Shown piece after piece: positions 41,901 through 49,990 of a stretch of DNA of 64,000 bases (position 1 is its first letter; each line of letters begins with the position of its first letter). The translations under genes were made by a program, and so were the position numbers. Under the pieces are notes generated by a model. The model did no database searches. It saw nothing but the letters and a program-made list of their open reading frames with translations, and had not been told where the DNA came from. Source of the stretch: Elusimicrobiota bacterium (GTDB lineage: Bacteria; Elusimicrobiota; Elusimicrobia; UBA1565; UBA9628); assembly GCA_027371715.1 (NCBI GenBank), contig DAHXMM010000003.1, positions 30,758-94,757 on the forward strand. The letters are read 5' to 3'.

Positions 41901-42191
41901 ATTTTAGGCCGGGAAATTCCTTTTGCCTATCCCAACAAAGGCTCTCTCATTAAAGGAACTATTGATTTGGTCTATCAAACCAAACATCAAACCGTCATTG
42001 TCGACTATAAAACCGGTTCTCCGCCTATGTCCAAAGAAGCGGAAAAATCTGCTCTTGAGCGCTACCGCGCTCAAGCTGAAACCTATCTCCTATCCTTGGA
42101 GAAATCTTTAGGGAAAAAAGCTCGGTTTCAACTTCTTTTCTTGCGACGGCCGGATAGCCCTATATGGTATAATGATGAGGACTTCTTATAG
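38970..42191 (+). CDS. UvrD/PcrA-type SF1 helicase with C-terminal RecB-family (PD-(D/E)xK) nuclease domain (AddA-like)
   Basis: Motif I AAAGTGKTS, motif II DEFQDT, motif III VGDPKQSIYRFRGAD, and helicase motif TIHKAKGLEF. The C-terminal nuclease signature is GTIDLVYQTKHQTVIVDYKTG. Confidence 0.85.
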   Translation: MNDSESRLAAQFDLDSNMVVEAAAGTGKTSLLIARILSLVIAGQGGKGVSLEKIAALTFTNKAAAEMKIRLAQQLHQVSIFSRHPENVSETLKELLFSLQKRFSLNQTTFEERAASALNLIERAPIETFHSFMARILRLYPLEAGLSPAFEIDQGRSFNRIFESEWEAWLDIELGPSAPREKDWLLILKFVSIKDLKKLAKELCQEKIPSEMIHNVSKEALESLEILRRKLKQIPTGKPAPKSRAFLDRFSELEDQVEKLIQAGSQKNSEIPENWNPLLLPPSWPKWPKAWEEYADEEKIYERAKKIVELSSPKKHALVEKAIILLTPFRKKFSDTFQRAGFISFDGLLTEARNLFKDNLRIRNEIKRFYHSFLVDEFQDTDPLQGEILFFLAEDINSAATDWKQARPGPGRIFVVGDPKQSIYRFRGADIAAYQDFTQKILSYPHSKFLSLNLNFRSRPEVLSPINSLFSKTMEEKKGLQAAHQELLSSKTSNSNAALEIVKLSFSKSPASSEEFQKTETQWICQWIQKNCGPKKKFRYKDVAVLWRTQTGSSHLIEAFKDAQIPYAAQLKNSLYSSQEFIDFTNLIRVLDNPADEISLTALMRSPLSDIKDSDLADLKSGTKNSLPLEKTLDYLRKRLGRIPLPLFLDQTLKETALLPIAAKAYHGSQAVSNLLKVARLAEEMADKEGLSAREMLERISEEIKSGEEEGENPLADESFDCVRLLTIHKAKGLEFPIVFIPRISSPGKDHEISPFLSDWKTQTVGFYLSKAHAASLNMAILQINEKERLAHEVLRLLYVGLTRAKEKIFLIGDKDFSPGRYSFSQFLSQDPSLPSQDLTADSLLTNSKSPPRKQAREISIPPKDWAARWEKRSELKRASLSPWSSSPTQTQANLFGEEDSLPRQNQASLLGQLCHETLKRLDFKNPGEVKKIISAAYASLAQLNLEPPGKNLLNEASALIDNFLRSSSAKEIEHAEILGREIPFAYPNKGSLIKGTIDLVYQTKHQTVIVDYKTGSPPMSKEAEKSALERYRAQAETYLLSLEKSLGKKARFQLLFLRRPDSPIWYNDEDFL

Positions 42192-42201
42192 GATTAACTC
42201 T

Positions 42202-42525
42202 ATGTTTTATCATTTACTTTTAGCCGTTCATGTCTGCGTCTGCGTTCTGATGATTTTAGTCGTGTTGCTTCAAACCGGCCGAGGAGCAGGCTTGGCTCTC
42301 TTTGGAAGTTCCGGGGATTCTCTCATCACGACCCCCACCGGGTCTAGCTTCATGCGAAATTTAACCGGGGCGCTGGCCGGAACTTTCGCGTTCACTTCTC
42401 TCTTTCTTTCTTTATTGTCGGCAAAAAGCGGAATGTCGAGCGTCACTTCTCGTTTCTCCTTGCCGGCGGCTCCAGTTTCTCAACAAGCCCCCGCTGTTCC
42501 AGCCGCTTCCACAAAAAAGAAATAA
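42202..42525 (+). CDS. secG: preprotein translocase subunit SecG
   Basis: Start moved to MFYHLLLAVHV. LLQTGRGAG is the SecG signature. It has two TM helices. Confidence 0.8.
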   Translation: MFYHLLLAVHVCVCVLMILVVLLQTGRGAGLALFGSSGDSLITTPTGSSFMRNLTGALAGTFAFTSLFLSLLSAKSGMSSVTSRFSLPAAPVSQQAPAVPAASTKKK

Positions 42526-42534
42526 TTTCATTAC

Positions 42535-42616
42535 GCGCGGGTGGCGGAACTGGCAGACGCGTACGTTTGAGGGGCGTATGCCGCAAGGCGTGAGGGTTCG
42601 AGTCCCTCCCCGCGCA
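42535..42616 (+). tRNA. tRNA-Leu (anticodon GAG)
   Basis: Hand-folded: acceptor GCGCGGG/CCCGCGC, D-arm GCGG..CGC, anticodon arm TACGT-TTGAGGG-GCGTA, long variable arm TGCCGCAAGGCGT, T-arm GAGGG-TTCGAGT-CCCTC, discriminator A. CCA is not encoded. Confidence 0.9.
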
Positions 42617-42786
42617 AAAACTCTATTCAAGGAAAGGGACTCAAAGCCGAGCCGCGCGCGTCCGGGGGACGAGAAGCGAAACGAAGTTTCGCGTCAGCGC
42701 GGCCAGCGGGCCGCGAGGGAAGAGCGAAGCGACGGATGAGCGGGAGGCCCTCCCCGCGCGAATCTAAGGATAGGAATCAAAATCAT

Positions 42787-43212
42787 ATGAGCTCACCGTT
42801 AATTTCTTTTAGTTGCCGAATTTACGGGATTCTAGTTGAAGACGGAAAAGTTTTAATGACGCGAAGCCGTTTTATCGACCGCGAGTTCGTCAATTTTCCC
42901 GGGGGCGGGATAGAAATTGGAGAAGCCCCCCAAGACGCCTTGATTCGAGAATACCAAGAAGAAACCGGTTTATCCATTAAGATTAAAAAAATTATTTTCT
43001 CCAGCCAGAAACTCCATCTCTCCACTCAAAGACCGATTCAAATCGTCAGTTCTTTCTGGCGGGTGGAAAAAACCGGAGGAACGCTCAAGGAAAACGGAAA
43101 TGACGACGACGTCCTTAAGCTTTTCTGGGCCGAACTCTCCGCGATCCCAAAAGGGGAGATGTTTTCTTCCGATCGGGAATTTGCCGATCTTCTGCCAAGT
43201 CTCTTATTTTAA
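42787..43212 (+). CDS. NUDIX hydrolase
   Basis: Nudix box GGGIEIGEAPQDALIREYQEETGL. Start chosen at MSSPLISF. Confidence 0.75.
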   Translation: MSSPLISFSCRIYGILVEDGKVLMTRSRFIDREFVNFPGGGIEIGEAPQDALIREYQEETGLSIKIKKIIFSSQKLHLSTQRPIQIVSSFWRVEKTGGTLKENGNDDDVLKLFWAELSAIPKGEMFSSDREFADLLPSLLF

Positions 43213-43549
43213 GAACGTCCTGGGCGATTTGGTTTTTCAAATCTTGAAGAGAGGCAAATTTTTTTTGGCCGCGAATTTTCTTAAGCAAAGACACCTTGAG
43301 TTTTGTTCCATAAAGGTTCCCTTTAAACCCAGGGATATGAACCTCAAAAACGCGGCGGCTCCCGTTGACGGTCGGGCGAGTCCCCACGCTCACGGCCGCA
43401 AGCCGAACGCCCAATTTCACACTGTCAACTTTCCCAGCATAAACCCCGTCTTTGGGAAAGACGGCGGGATCTATTTCAAGATTAGCGGTCGGATATCCGA
43501 GTTTTCTTCCAATCTTATCTCCGGAAACGACTCGCCCGCAATAAAGCAT
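43115..43549 (-). CDS. riboflavin kinase (monofunctional, RibF C-terminal domain only)
   Basis: GRVVSGDKIGRKLGYPTANL, GVYAGKV, VGTRPT and FEVHIPGFKGNLYG motifs. There is no FMN adenylyltransferase domain. Confidence 0.8.
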   Translation of the reverse strand: MLYCGRVVSGDKIGRKLGYPTANLEIDPAVFPKDGVYAGKVDSVKLGVRLAAVSVGTRPTVNGSRRVFEVHIPGFKGNLYGTKLKVSLLKKIRGQKKFASLQDLKNQIAQDVLKIRDLAEDRQIPDRKKTSPLLGSRRVRPRKA

Positions 43550-43620
43550 CAGTCCCGCTCCTCATAAAATTCTAAGGTCGGGACAATGCCGCCCTTACAA
43601 TTCCTGAAAGGAGGCATCAG
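43547..43620 (-). other. conserved junction element, copy B (22-codon mini-ORF 43617..43549: MPPFRNCKGGIVPTLEFYEERD)
   Basis: TGATG joins the truB stop to the mini-ORF start, and TGATG joins the mini-ORF stop to the riboflavin-kinase start. The length and core are the same as copy A. Confidence 0.55.
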
Positions 43621-44357
43621 GCGCTTTTTATTTTCGAGGCGAATTGAAAAAGCCTCATCGTCCCCTCTTCGAGGAGATTTTTGATGTCTTCCGTCTTAAA
43701 CCCCTTAAGGGACTCCAAATTAATGGACTCATCCACGGAAAAAGGCCCGATTTTTTCTCTTCTGAGCGTCTGAACGACCGCCCCGCACCCTAATTTGCTC
43801 CCCACCCCTTCGGCCAAGGCGCGGACATAGGTGCCGCTCGAACAGAAAAGGCGGTTTTCGATTTCTCCCGTATGCGGGTCGTAATTTAAGGCTTCCCAAC
43901 GGTAAACCGTTGATTTTCTCGGCTTCTCGGGAACGCTGATTCCCTTGCGGGCGTAATGATAAAGCGGTTTCCCTTTGTGCTTGACGGCCGAAAAAACGGG
44001 CGCGGGAAGAGAAATTTCTCCCAAATATTGATCGAAGCCGGCCTGAATATCGGATAATCTCAGTTCCGGAACCGGACGCTTTTCGAGAACCTTTCCCGTA
44101 ATATCGCCCGAATCGGTTACAACTCCCAGCTTAATCGTTCCATAATAGACCTTATCCAAGCCTTGCATGTGAGCCTGAAGTTTCCGCGTGCGACCGGCTA
44201 AAATAATTAAAAGCCCCGTGGCCAACGGATCCAAGGTCCCGCAATGCCCTGCTTTTTCGTGGGCCGGCAAAAAACGCCGAAAGGCGTTAACCGCGTCATG
44301 AGAAGTCCAGCCGGTCGGCTTGTCGAACAAAATCATTCCGGCAAGTTCGGGCTTCAT
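43617..44357 (-). CDS. truB: tRNA pseudouridine(55) synthase
   Basis: GHCGTLDPLATGLLII (catalytic Asp motif). Confidence 0.9.
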   Translation of the reverse strand: MKPELAGMILFDKPTGWTSHDAVNAFRRFLPAHEKAGHCGTLDPLATGLLIILAGRTRKLQAHMQGLDKVYYGTIKLGVVTDSGDITGKVLEKRPVPELRLSDIQAGFDQYLGEISLPAPVFSAVKHKGKPLYHYARKGISVPEKPRKSTVYRWEALNYDPHTGEIENRLFCSSGTYVRALAEGVGSKLGCGAVVQTLRREKIGPFSVDESINLESLKGFKTEDIKNLLEEGTMRLFQFASKIKSA

Positions 44358-44698
44358 TCTTTTCCTCTTAATTCATCTAATATTTTGTCGATTCGAGAAG
44401 CCTTGGCCGGCGTTCCATCATATTTAAAAATAAGTTCCGGCAAAATGCGCGTCGTCCATTTTTGACTTAATTTCTGTCGAACATAGGGGGTCGCACGCAG
44501 AAGAGCCTTTTCGCAATTTAAACGTTCTCTGGGGCTTCCCATGACTGAATAGAAAATTCTCGCGGTCTTCATGTCCCGAGACAACACGATATCGGTCACT
44601 GTAATCAACCCTGAGAAACCGGGGTCCCGAATAGTTGGCACCATGCCGCCGATCTCTTTTCGGAGAAGCTCTTGGAGGCGGTCAATTCTGGAAAACAA
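44354..44698 (-). CDS. rbfA: ribosome-binding factor A
   Basis: Its size, its position between infB and truB, and the LITVTDIVLSRDMKTARIFYS motif. Confidence 0.85.
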   Translation of the reverse strand: MFSRIDRLQELLRKEIGGMVPTIRDPGFSGLITVTDIVLSRDMKTARIFYSVMGSPRERLNCEKALLRATPYVRQKLSQKWTTRILPELIFKYDGTPAKASRIDKILDELRGKE

Positions 44699-44703
44699 GG
44701 AGG

Positions 44704-47160
44704 TTAGACGTTCTCAAGCCGCCGCGTTCGGGATTCCTTGATAAAGATTTCAAGAGTATCGCCTTTTTGATAAGAAACGCTCCCGTCAATTTGGATTCCG
44801 CACTCGAGATTCTTTTCCACTTCCTTGACATCGTCTTTAAAGCGCTTAAGGTTGACCACCTTCCCTTCGGCGACCTTGACCCCATTACGCATCACCCGCG
44901 CAAAAGCCCCTCTCGAGACCTTGCCTTCGCGCACAAGAGAGCCCGCGACAAAGGAATTTCCCTTCACCGGGAATATCTCTCTGACTTCCGCTTTTCCAAC
45001 AATGACTTCTACGATTTCGGGAGCCAAAAGCCCTTCGAGCCCGGCTTTAACATCCGCAATCAAGTCATAAATGATTTTATAGGAACGAATCTCGACTTCT
45101 TCTCGCGCGGCCAATTCCCTAGCGCGCGCTTCAGAAGAGCTATTGAACAAAAAGATAATCGCGTTCGAGGCCGAAGCCAGCAAAACGTCCGATTCATTCG
45201 CGCTCCCAAGCCCCGCATGGACGATTCTCACCTGACATTCCTTGGTGGACAGACTTTCCAAGGAATCGCGCAACGCTTGAAGAGATCCCTGAACGTCGGC
45301 CTTGAGAATAATATTTAAGTCTTTGGCCGTCGTTCCAAGCTGGGATTTAAGGCTGATAAGACTCACATGCCGCTGGTGGGCCAAAACTTGCTCGCGGTTA
45401 AGTTTTTGACGTTCTTCCGCGATTTCACGGGCTTCTTTTTCATTTTTGACGACGCTAAAAATATCGCCCGCCTGGGGAGTCTTAGATAAACCAAGAAGCT
45501 CAACCGGAGTCGCCGGCTCCGCTTTTTCAAGTCTTTTCCCGTTTTCATCCAAAAGCGCTTTGACCTTTCCATGGCACAAACCCACAACCAAGGGATCTCC
45601 GATTTTCAACACTCCGGATTGAACGAGCAAAGTCGCGACGCTCCCTCTTTGAGGATCCATCTTCGCTTCCAAGACAATTCCCGAAGCCGCGCGGTCATAA
45701 TTGGCTTTCAAATCCAAAAGTTCGGCCTGAAGCGAAAGCATTTCAAGCAAGTGATCAAGATTGAGTTTTTTCTTAGCCGAGACATCGACAAAAATGGTTT
45801 TCCCGCCCCACTCTTCCGGATTGAGTCCATGAAGAGACAAGTCCTGCCGAATTTTTTGCGGGTTCGCGCCGGGGAGATCAATTTTATTGACCGCAACCAC
45901 GATGGGAACTCCGGCGGCCTTGGCATGATCAATGGCTTCAATGGTCTGCGGCATGATTCCGTCAACCGCGCTGACGACTAGAACAACGATGTCGGTCGCT
46001 TTAGCTCCCCGAGAACGCATGGCGGTAAAGGCCTCATGGCCCGGAGTGTCCAAGAAGACCAAAATTCCTTTCGGCGTCGCGACTTTATAAGCCCCGATAT
46101 GTTGCGTGATGCCGCCCGCTTCTCCGGTCGCAACCGAACTAGACCTAATCGCATCCAAAAGAGAAGTCTTCCCGTGATCGACATGCCCCATGACCGTAAT
46201 AATAGGAGGACGCGGTTTTAAATTTTCAGAAGAATCTTTTTGACCATGAGCGGTTTCAATTTCTTCTTCTTTGTACATCGCCGTCACTTTCAACTCATAG
46301 TTAAATTCCTGAGCGATAATCATTGCGGCGTCAATTTCAAGACGCTGGTTAATCGTGGCAAAAACCCCGAGACTCATCAGCTTTTTAATCAGCTCATTAG
46401 GGGTGGCTTCCATTTTCTCGGCCAATTCCCGAACTGTGATAATACTGGGAACTTCAAGGACCCTGGCGGCGGGCTTAACCGGAACCGCTGGAGAAGCCGC
46501 CGGAGCGGCGACGCTTGGAACGGGTTTGGGCGCTACTTGGGGTTTCGGCTGAGGTTTTGCTGGAACCTGGGTCGGCCGCGCGATAGGCTTTGGCTGATCC
46601 GAAGAAATGGTTTTCGGAGGCGCCGCTGGATTCGGCAAGGTCTTGGCTGGTTCTGGGGCCGGAGCCAACACCGCTTTAGGCGCCGGGGCTGAAGCGCCGC
46701 CTGAGGGCAAGGCGGTTTTTTTAGGCGGCTCAATCACAGGCTTGGGCGTTTGAGGCCGCGAAATCTGCCCTGCTGGAGTGGGGGTTGAAACAGGAGGAGT
46801 ATTTGCCGGAGGATTATCCTTTACCGGGTTTGGAGTTCCCTTGAAACCCGTCGCCGGAGCCATGCGAGAAACCGTAGGAGTTTGACGAGCGGGACCTGGT
46901 TTTCGCTTAAATAAATCAAAAGCGGACACTAAATGGGAAGTAGGCGGAGCGATGGAACCGGCCTCGCTTGAATCTCTCTTTTCCGCCCGGGCCTTGACAA
47001 TCGCGGGCTCCGAGGAACCCTTCTTTTTAGAACCCTCGGAACTGGATTTTTTATCGGAAGATTTCTTATCCGAAGCGGCTTTTTTAGGGCGAACAGCCTT
47101 GGGCGATTTTTTTTCTTTTTCCGCTTTAGGTTCGGAGGTTTTCTTGGGTTTGGAAGGCAT
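44704..47160 (-). CDS. infB: translation initiation factor IF-2
   Basis: G domain with [20 protein letters not shown] and NKIDL. The N-terminal region is Pro/Ala/Lys-rich and low-complexity. Confidence 0.9.
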   Translation of the reverse strand: MPSKPKKTSEPKAEKEKKSPKAVRPKKAASDKKSSDKKSSSEGSKKKGSSEPAIVKARAEKRDSSEAGSIAPPTSHLVSAFDLFKRKPGPARQTPTVSRMAPATGFKGTPNPVKDNPPANTPPVSTPTPAGQISRPQTPKPVIEPPKKTALPSGGASAPAPKAVLAPAPEPAKTLPNPAAPPKTISSDQPKPIARPTQVPAKPQPKPQVAPKPVPSVAAPAASPAVPVKPAARVLEVPSIITVRELAEKMEATPNELIKKLMSLGVFATINQRLEIDAAMIIAQEFNYELKVTAMYKEEEIETAHGQKDSSENLKPRPPIITVMGHVDHGKTSLLDAIRSSSVATGEAGGITQHIGAYKVATPKGILVFLDTPGHEAFTAMRSRGAKATDIVVLVVSAVDGIMPQTIEAIDHAKAAGVPIVVAVNKIDLPGANPQKIRQDLSLHGLNPEEWGGKTIFVDVSAKKKLNLDHLLEMLSLQAELLDLKANYDRAASGIVLEAKMDPQRGSVATLLVQSGVLKIGDPLVVGLCHGKVKALLDENGKRLEKAEPATPVELLGLSKTPQAGDIFSVVKNEKEAREIAEERQKLNREQVLAHQRHVSLISLKSQLGTTAKDLNIILKADVQGSLQALRDSLESLSTKECQVRIVHAGLGSANESDVLLASASNAIIFLFNSSSEARARELAAREEVEIRSYKIIYDLIADVKAGLEGLLAPEIVEVIVGKAEVREIFPVKGNSFVAGSLVREGKVSRGAFARVMRNGVKVAEGKVVNLKRFKDDVKEVEKNLECGIQIDGSVSYQKGDTLEIFIKESRTRRLENV

Positions 47161-47197
47161 AAGATTATAATATCATTTTAAAAATGCGCGAGGGTTC

Positions 47198-48436
47198 TTA
47201 GGAATTTTTCTCCTCTAAAATGGCCTTGGCTTTCGCGATAATTTTAGTCGCCATCTTTTCGGTAATCCCCTCGATCTTGGTCAAAGATTCGACGCTCTGC
47301 TTGGCGATTTCATGGACATCCGACATTCCCGCGCGAGAAAGCAATTCCATCGTCTTAAGGCTTAGTCCCTCGATTCGAGATTCGGGAAGCTCCCCCGCTT
47401 TTTTATCGATTTGAGGCTTAATTTCGATATGCCACCCAATCAACCGGGAGGCAAGTTCTAAATTCTGGCTTTCCTTTCCGATCGCAATCGCAAACTGGGA
47501 CTCCGGGACAAAAGCGACCGCTTTTTTGGCCGCGGCATCCGTGATCTTGACCTGGGAAACTTGCGCCGGAGCCAGGGCATTGGCGATGAGTTTTACCGGA
47601 TCCTCCTGATGGGCGATTAAATCAATTTTTTCGCCGGCCAACTCATTCATCAAACTTCGGATTCGAGATCCCCGAAGGCCCACGCACGCCCCGACCGGGT
47701 CGACTTGGGAATCGTTGGATTTGACCAAAACCTTGGCCCTAAAACCGGGATCGCGAACGATGGAAACAACCGAAATCGTCTTATCTTTAATTTCCGGAAC
47801 CTCGATTTCAAGTAAACGCTCTAAAAATAGGGGCGCCGCCCTAGACAAAAGAATCTGGGGGGCTTGAGAGGCCCGATCAACCCTTAAAATAACGCAACGA
47901 ACGTTCATTCCGATGTTGTAGCGCTCGCGGCGAATTTGTTCCCGCATGGGAATGACGCCTTCCACCTTTCCCAAATCAACCACGATCGTTCTTTCAATAA
48001 AACGATGAACGGAACCCGTCGTTAATTGCCCTTCCTTGGGTTTAAATTCATCATAGAGCTTATCTCTCTCGGATTCGCGAACTTTTTGAGTGAGAAGCTG
48101 TTTGGCTGTCTGGGCCGCGATACGGGCAAAATCAGCCGCGGGCGCCGGAAGGCGAATTTCATCCCCCACCTGGGCGTCGGATTTAAATTTTCTCGCTTCC
48201 GCAAGCGTCATTTCAACTTCGGAATCCATCACGGCTTCGGCCACTTTTTTAACCACGCGCGCCTGAAACTGGGCCGTCTCCGGGTCTATAGCGGCTTCGA
48301 TCACGGCATTTTTGCCGACATACTTTCTTAAGGAGCTGACCACAGCGCTCTCAATCATCTGCAGGATTTCGCTTTTGGGAATTCCCTTGTCGCGTTCGAT
48401 TTGCTCCAAAACAAGTATCAATTCTGATTTAGCCAT
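47198..48436 (-). CDS. nusA: transcription termination/antitermination factor NusA
   Basis: Start moved to MAKSELILVLEQIERDKGI. It has S1 and KH domains (GACVGLRGSRI). Confidence 0.9.
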   Translation of the reverse strand: MAKSELILVLEQIERDKGIPKSEILQMIESAVVSSLRKYVGKNAVIEAAIDPETAQFQARVVKKVAEAVMDSEVEMTLAEARKFKSDAQVGDEIRLPAPAADFARIAAQTAKQLLTQKVRESERDKLYDEFKPKEGQLTTGSVHRFIERTIVVDLGKVEGVIPMREQIRRERYNIGMNVRCVILRVDRASQAPQILLSRAAPLFLERLLEIEVPEIKDKTISVVSIVRDPGFRAKVLVKSNDSQVDPVGACVGLRGSRIRSLMNELAGEKIDLIAHQEDPVKLIANALAPAQVSQVKITDAAAKKAVAFVPESQFAIAIGKESQNLELASRLIGWHIEIKPQIDKKAGELPESRIEGLSLKTMELLSRAGMSDVHEIAKQSVESLTKIEGITEKMATKIIAKAKAILEEKNS

Positions 48437-48440
48437 ATTT

Positions 48441-48911
48441 TCAAATAGACAGATGAGCCGTCTCGTTAAGACGGGCTTCTTCAATTAAGCCAATCTCAAA
48501 AGAAAAGGTTTTTCCCTCGCATTCAAACGCCACCTGCCCTCCTTGGCATCCCCGAATCACTCCGGAGAAATTTCGACGGCCTTCCAAAGGTTCCTTGAGT
48601 TGAATCTTGACGGCCTTGCCGGTAAAACGCTGGAAATCTTTTTCTTTCTTGATTACACGGTCAATCCCTGGTGAAGACACCTCAAGAACGTACGCGGCCG
48701 CAAGAATCCCGGACGAATCAAGAAGACTGCCGATGCGATCGGAAAAATAAGCGCAATCATCCAAAGAAATCCGCGGCGGTTTATCAATATAAACTCTAAG
48801 AACCCATTGAGAACCTTCCCTCACGTACTCTAGGTCAACCAGCTCCGCTCCCTCTTGTTCCAAGAGAGGAGTCATCAGCGCCTCAAGTTTAGATAGGTCC
48901 ATAGTGATCAC
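48441..48911 (-). CDS. rimP: ribosome maturation factor RimP
   Basis: Its position upstream of nusA and the LEVSSPGIDR motif. GTG start with a GGAGGGG SD 8 nt upstream. ATG at 48902 is an alternative. Confidence 0.8.
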   Translation of the reverse strand: MITMDLSKLEALMTPLLEQEGAELVDLEYVREGSQWVLRVYIDKPPRISLDDCAYFSDRIGSLLDSSGILAAAYVLEVSSPGIDRVIKKEKDFQRFTGKAVKIQLKEPLEGRRNFSGVIRGCQGGQVAFECEGKTFSFEIGLIEEARLNETAHLSI

Positions 48912-48924
48912 GGGACAAACCCCT

Positions 48925-48957
48925 CCAAAAACAAAGCCGCTCGAACGCCCGAGCGGC
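48925..48957 (-). terminator. intrinsic terminator/attenuator hairpin in the rimP leader
   Basis: The minus strand reads GCCGCUCG-GGCGUU-CGAGCGGC followed by UUUGUUUUU. The U-tract abuts the rimP SD. Confidence 0.5.
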
Positions 48958-49038
48958 CTTAAGGCTCGTCCTATACTTATATTATTCTATCTTATTTACC
49001 GGCCATTTCCCAACTTAAAAACCAAAAAACTGGTGGCC

Positions 49039-49935
49039 CTATGAATGAGTAAGGAGGGATTTGAAATCAGAAATTCCGGCTTTAACTCCCCGCATCAGGT
49101 CTCCGCTCTCTTTTTTCAGAAGTTCCGTTCGCAATCCGGCTTTTAAGGGCCGCCTCGCTTTCTGATTGAGATCGGCGGTTGAAAACCCCTCAATCAAGGT
49201 TTCATCTAAATTAAGGATTCGCGCCGCAGTTTTGGCAAAATCAAGACGGGAAATAAAATCCGGCCCGGCCGCATGGATGATGCCGCGGGCGCCAACATCC
49301 ACTAATTCTTTCAGGGCCAAGGCCAAATCCGGGGCGTAGGTCGGCGTTGCCCACTGATCCGCCGGCACGCGCATTTTTTCGCCTTGAGAGAGCCTTTTAA
49401 GCAATTGCATAACAAAATTATTACCCTCCGGCCGGTAACTATAAACCGTCGTCGTTCGAACCACGAGATTATTCTCCGAGGCCTCCAAAACTGCTTTCTC
49501 GCCCTCCAATTTGCTGGCCCCATAAATATTGAGCGGCCGAACCTTCGCGTCCTCACCATAAGGACCGGCGTCTCCGTCAAAAACATAATCCGTCGAAAGA
49601 TAAATAAATTTGGAGGAGGCGTTTCTTCTCATCTCTCGTGCGATATCCGCCGGCGATTGGGCATTGATTTGGAAAGCCTTTTCTCTTGAAGATTCACAAC
49701 CCTCCACATCCGTCATTCCTCCGCAAAGAAGAGTGATATCGGGATGAAGACGAGAAACCGCTTCTCCGGCTTCCCCCTTTTTTGATAAGTCCAGGCGCGA
49801 CAAAGAAGGACCAGCATGAGTCAAGCCCGTTCCCATAACTTGATATGAATCGCCGGAAAAAGCCTTAAGGCATAATCGCCCCAGTTGCCCGGAAGCCCCA
49901 ATAATTAAAACTTTTTTAGGCGCAAAAGAAGACAT
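49039..49935 (-). CDS. rfbD: dTDP-4-dehydrorhamnose reductase-like NAD(P)-dependent sugar reductase
   Basis: IIGASGQLG Rossmann motif, STDYVFDG, and YGASKLEGE (Y-x3-K). Confidence 0.75.
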   Translation of the reverse strand: MSSFAPKKVLIIGASGQLGRLCLKAFSGDSYQVMGTGLTHAGPSLSRLDLSKKGEAGEAVSRLHPDITLLCGGMTDVEGCESSREKAFQINAQSPADIAREMRRNASSKFIYLSTDYVFDGDAGPYGEDAKVRPLNIYGASKLEGEKAVLEASENNLVVRTTTVYSYRPEGNNFVMQLLKRLSQGEKMRVPADQWATPTYAPDLALALKELVDVGARGIIHAAGPDFISRLDFAKTAARILNLDETLIEGFSTADLNQKARRPLKAGLRTELLKKESGDLMRGVKAGISDFKSLLTHS

Positions 49936-49990
49936 GACTGAATTTTAACAAACTATTTCTTCAAATCACTAAATTTGATACGATAAAGTC

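Noticed and set aside
44635-45318. 227-aa plus-strand ORF, and several others at 45571-46692
   Set aside because: They are antisense to infB, whose GTPase motifs are unambiguous. They are shadow ORFs in a biased-composition region.
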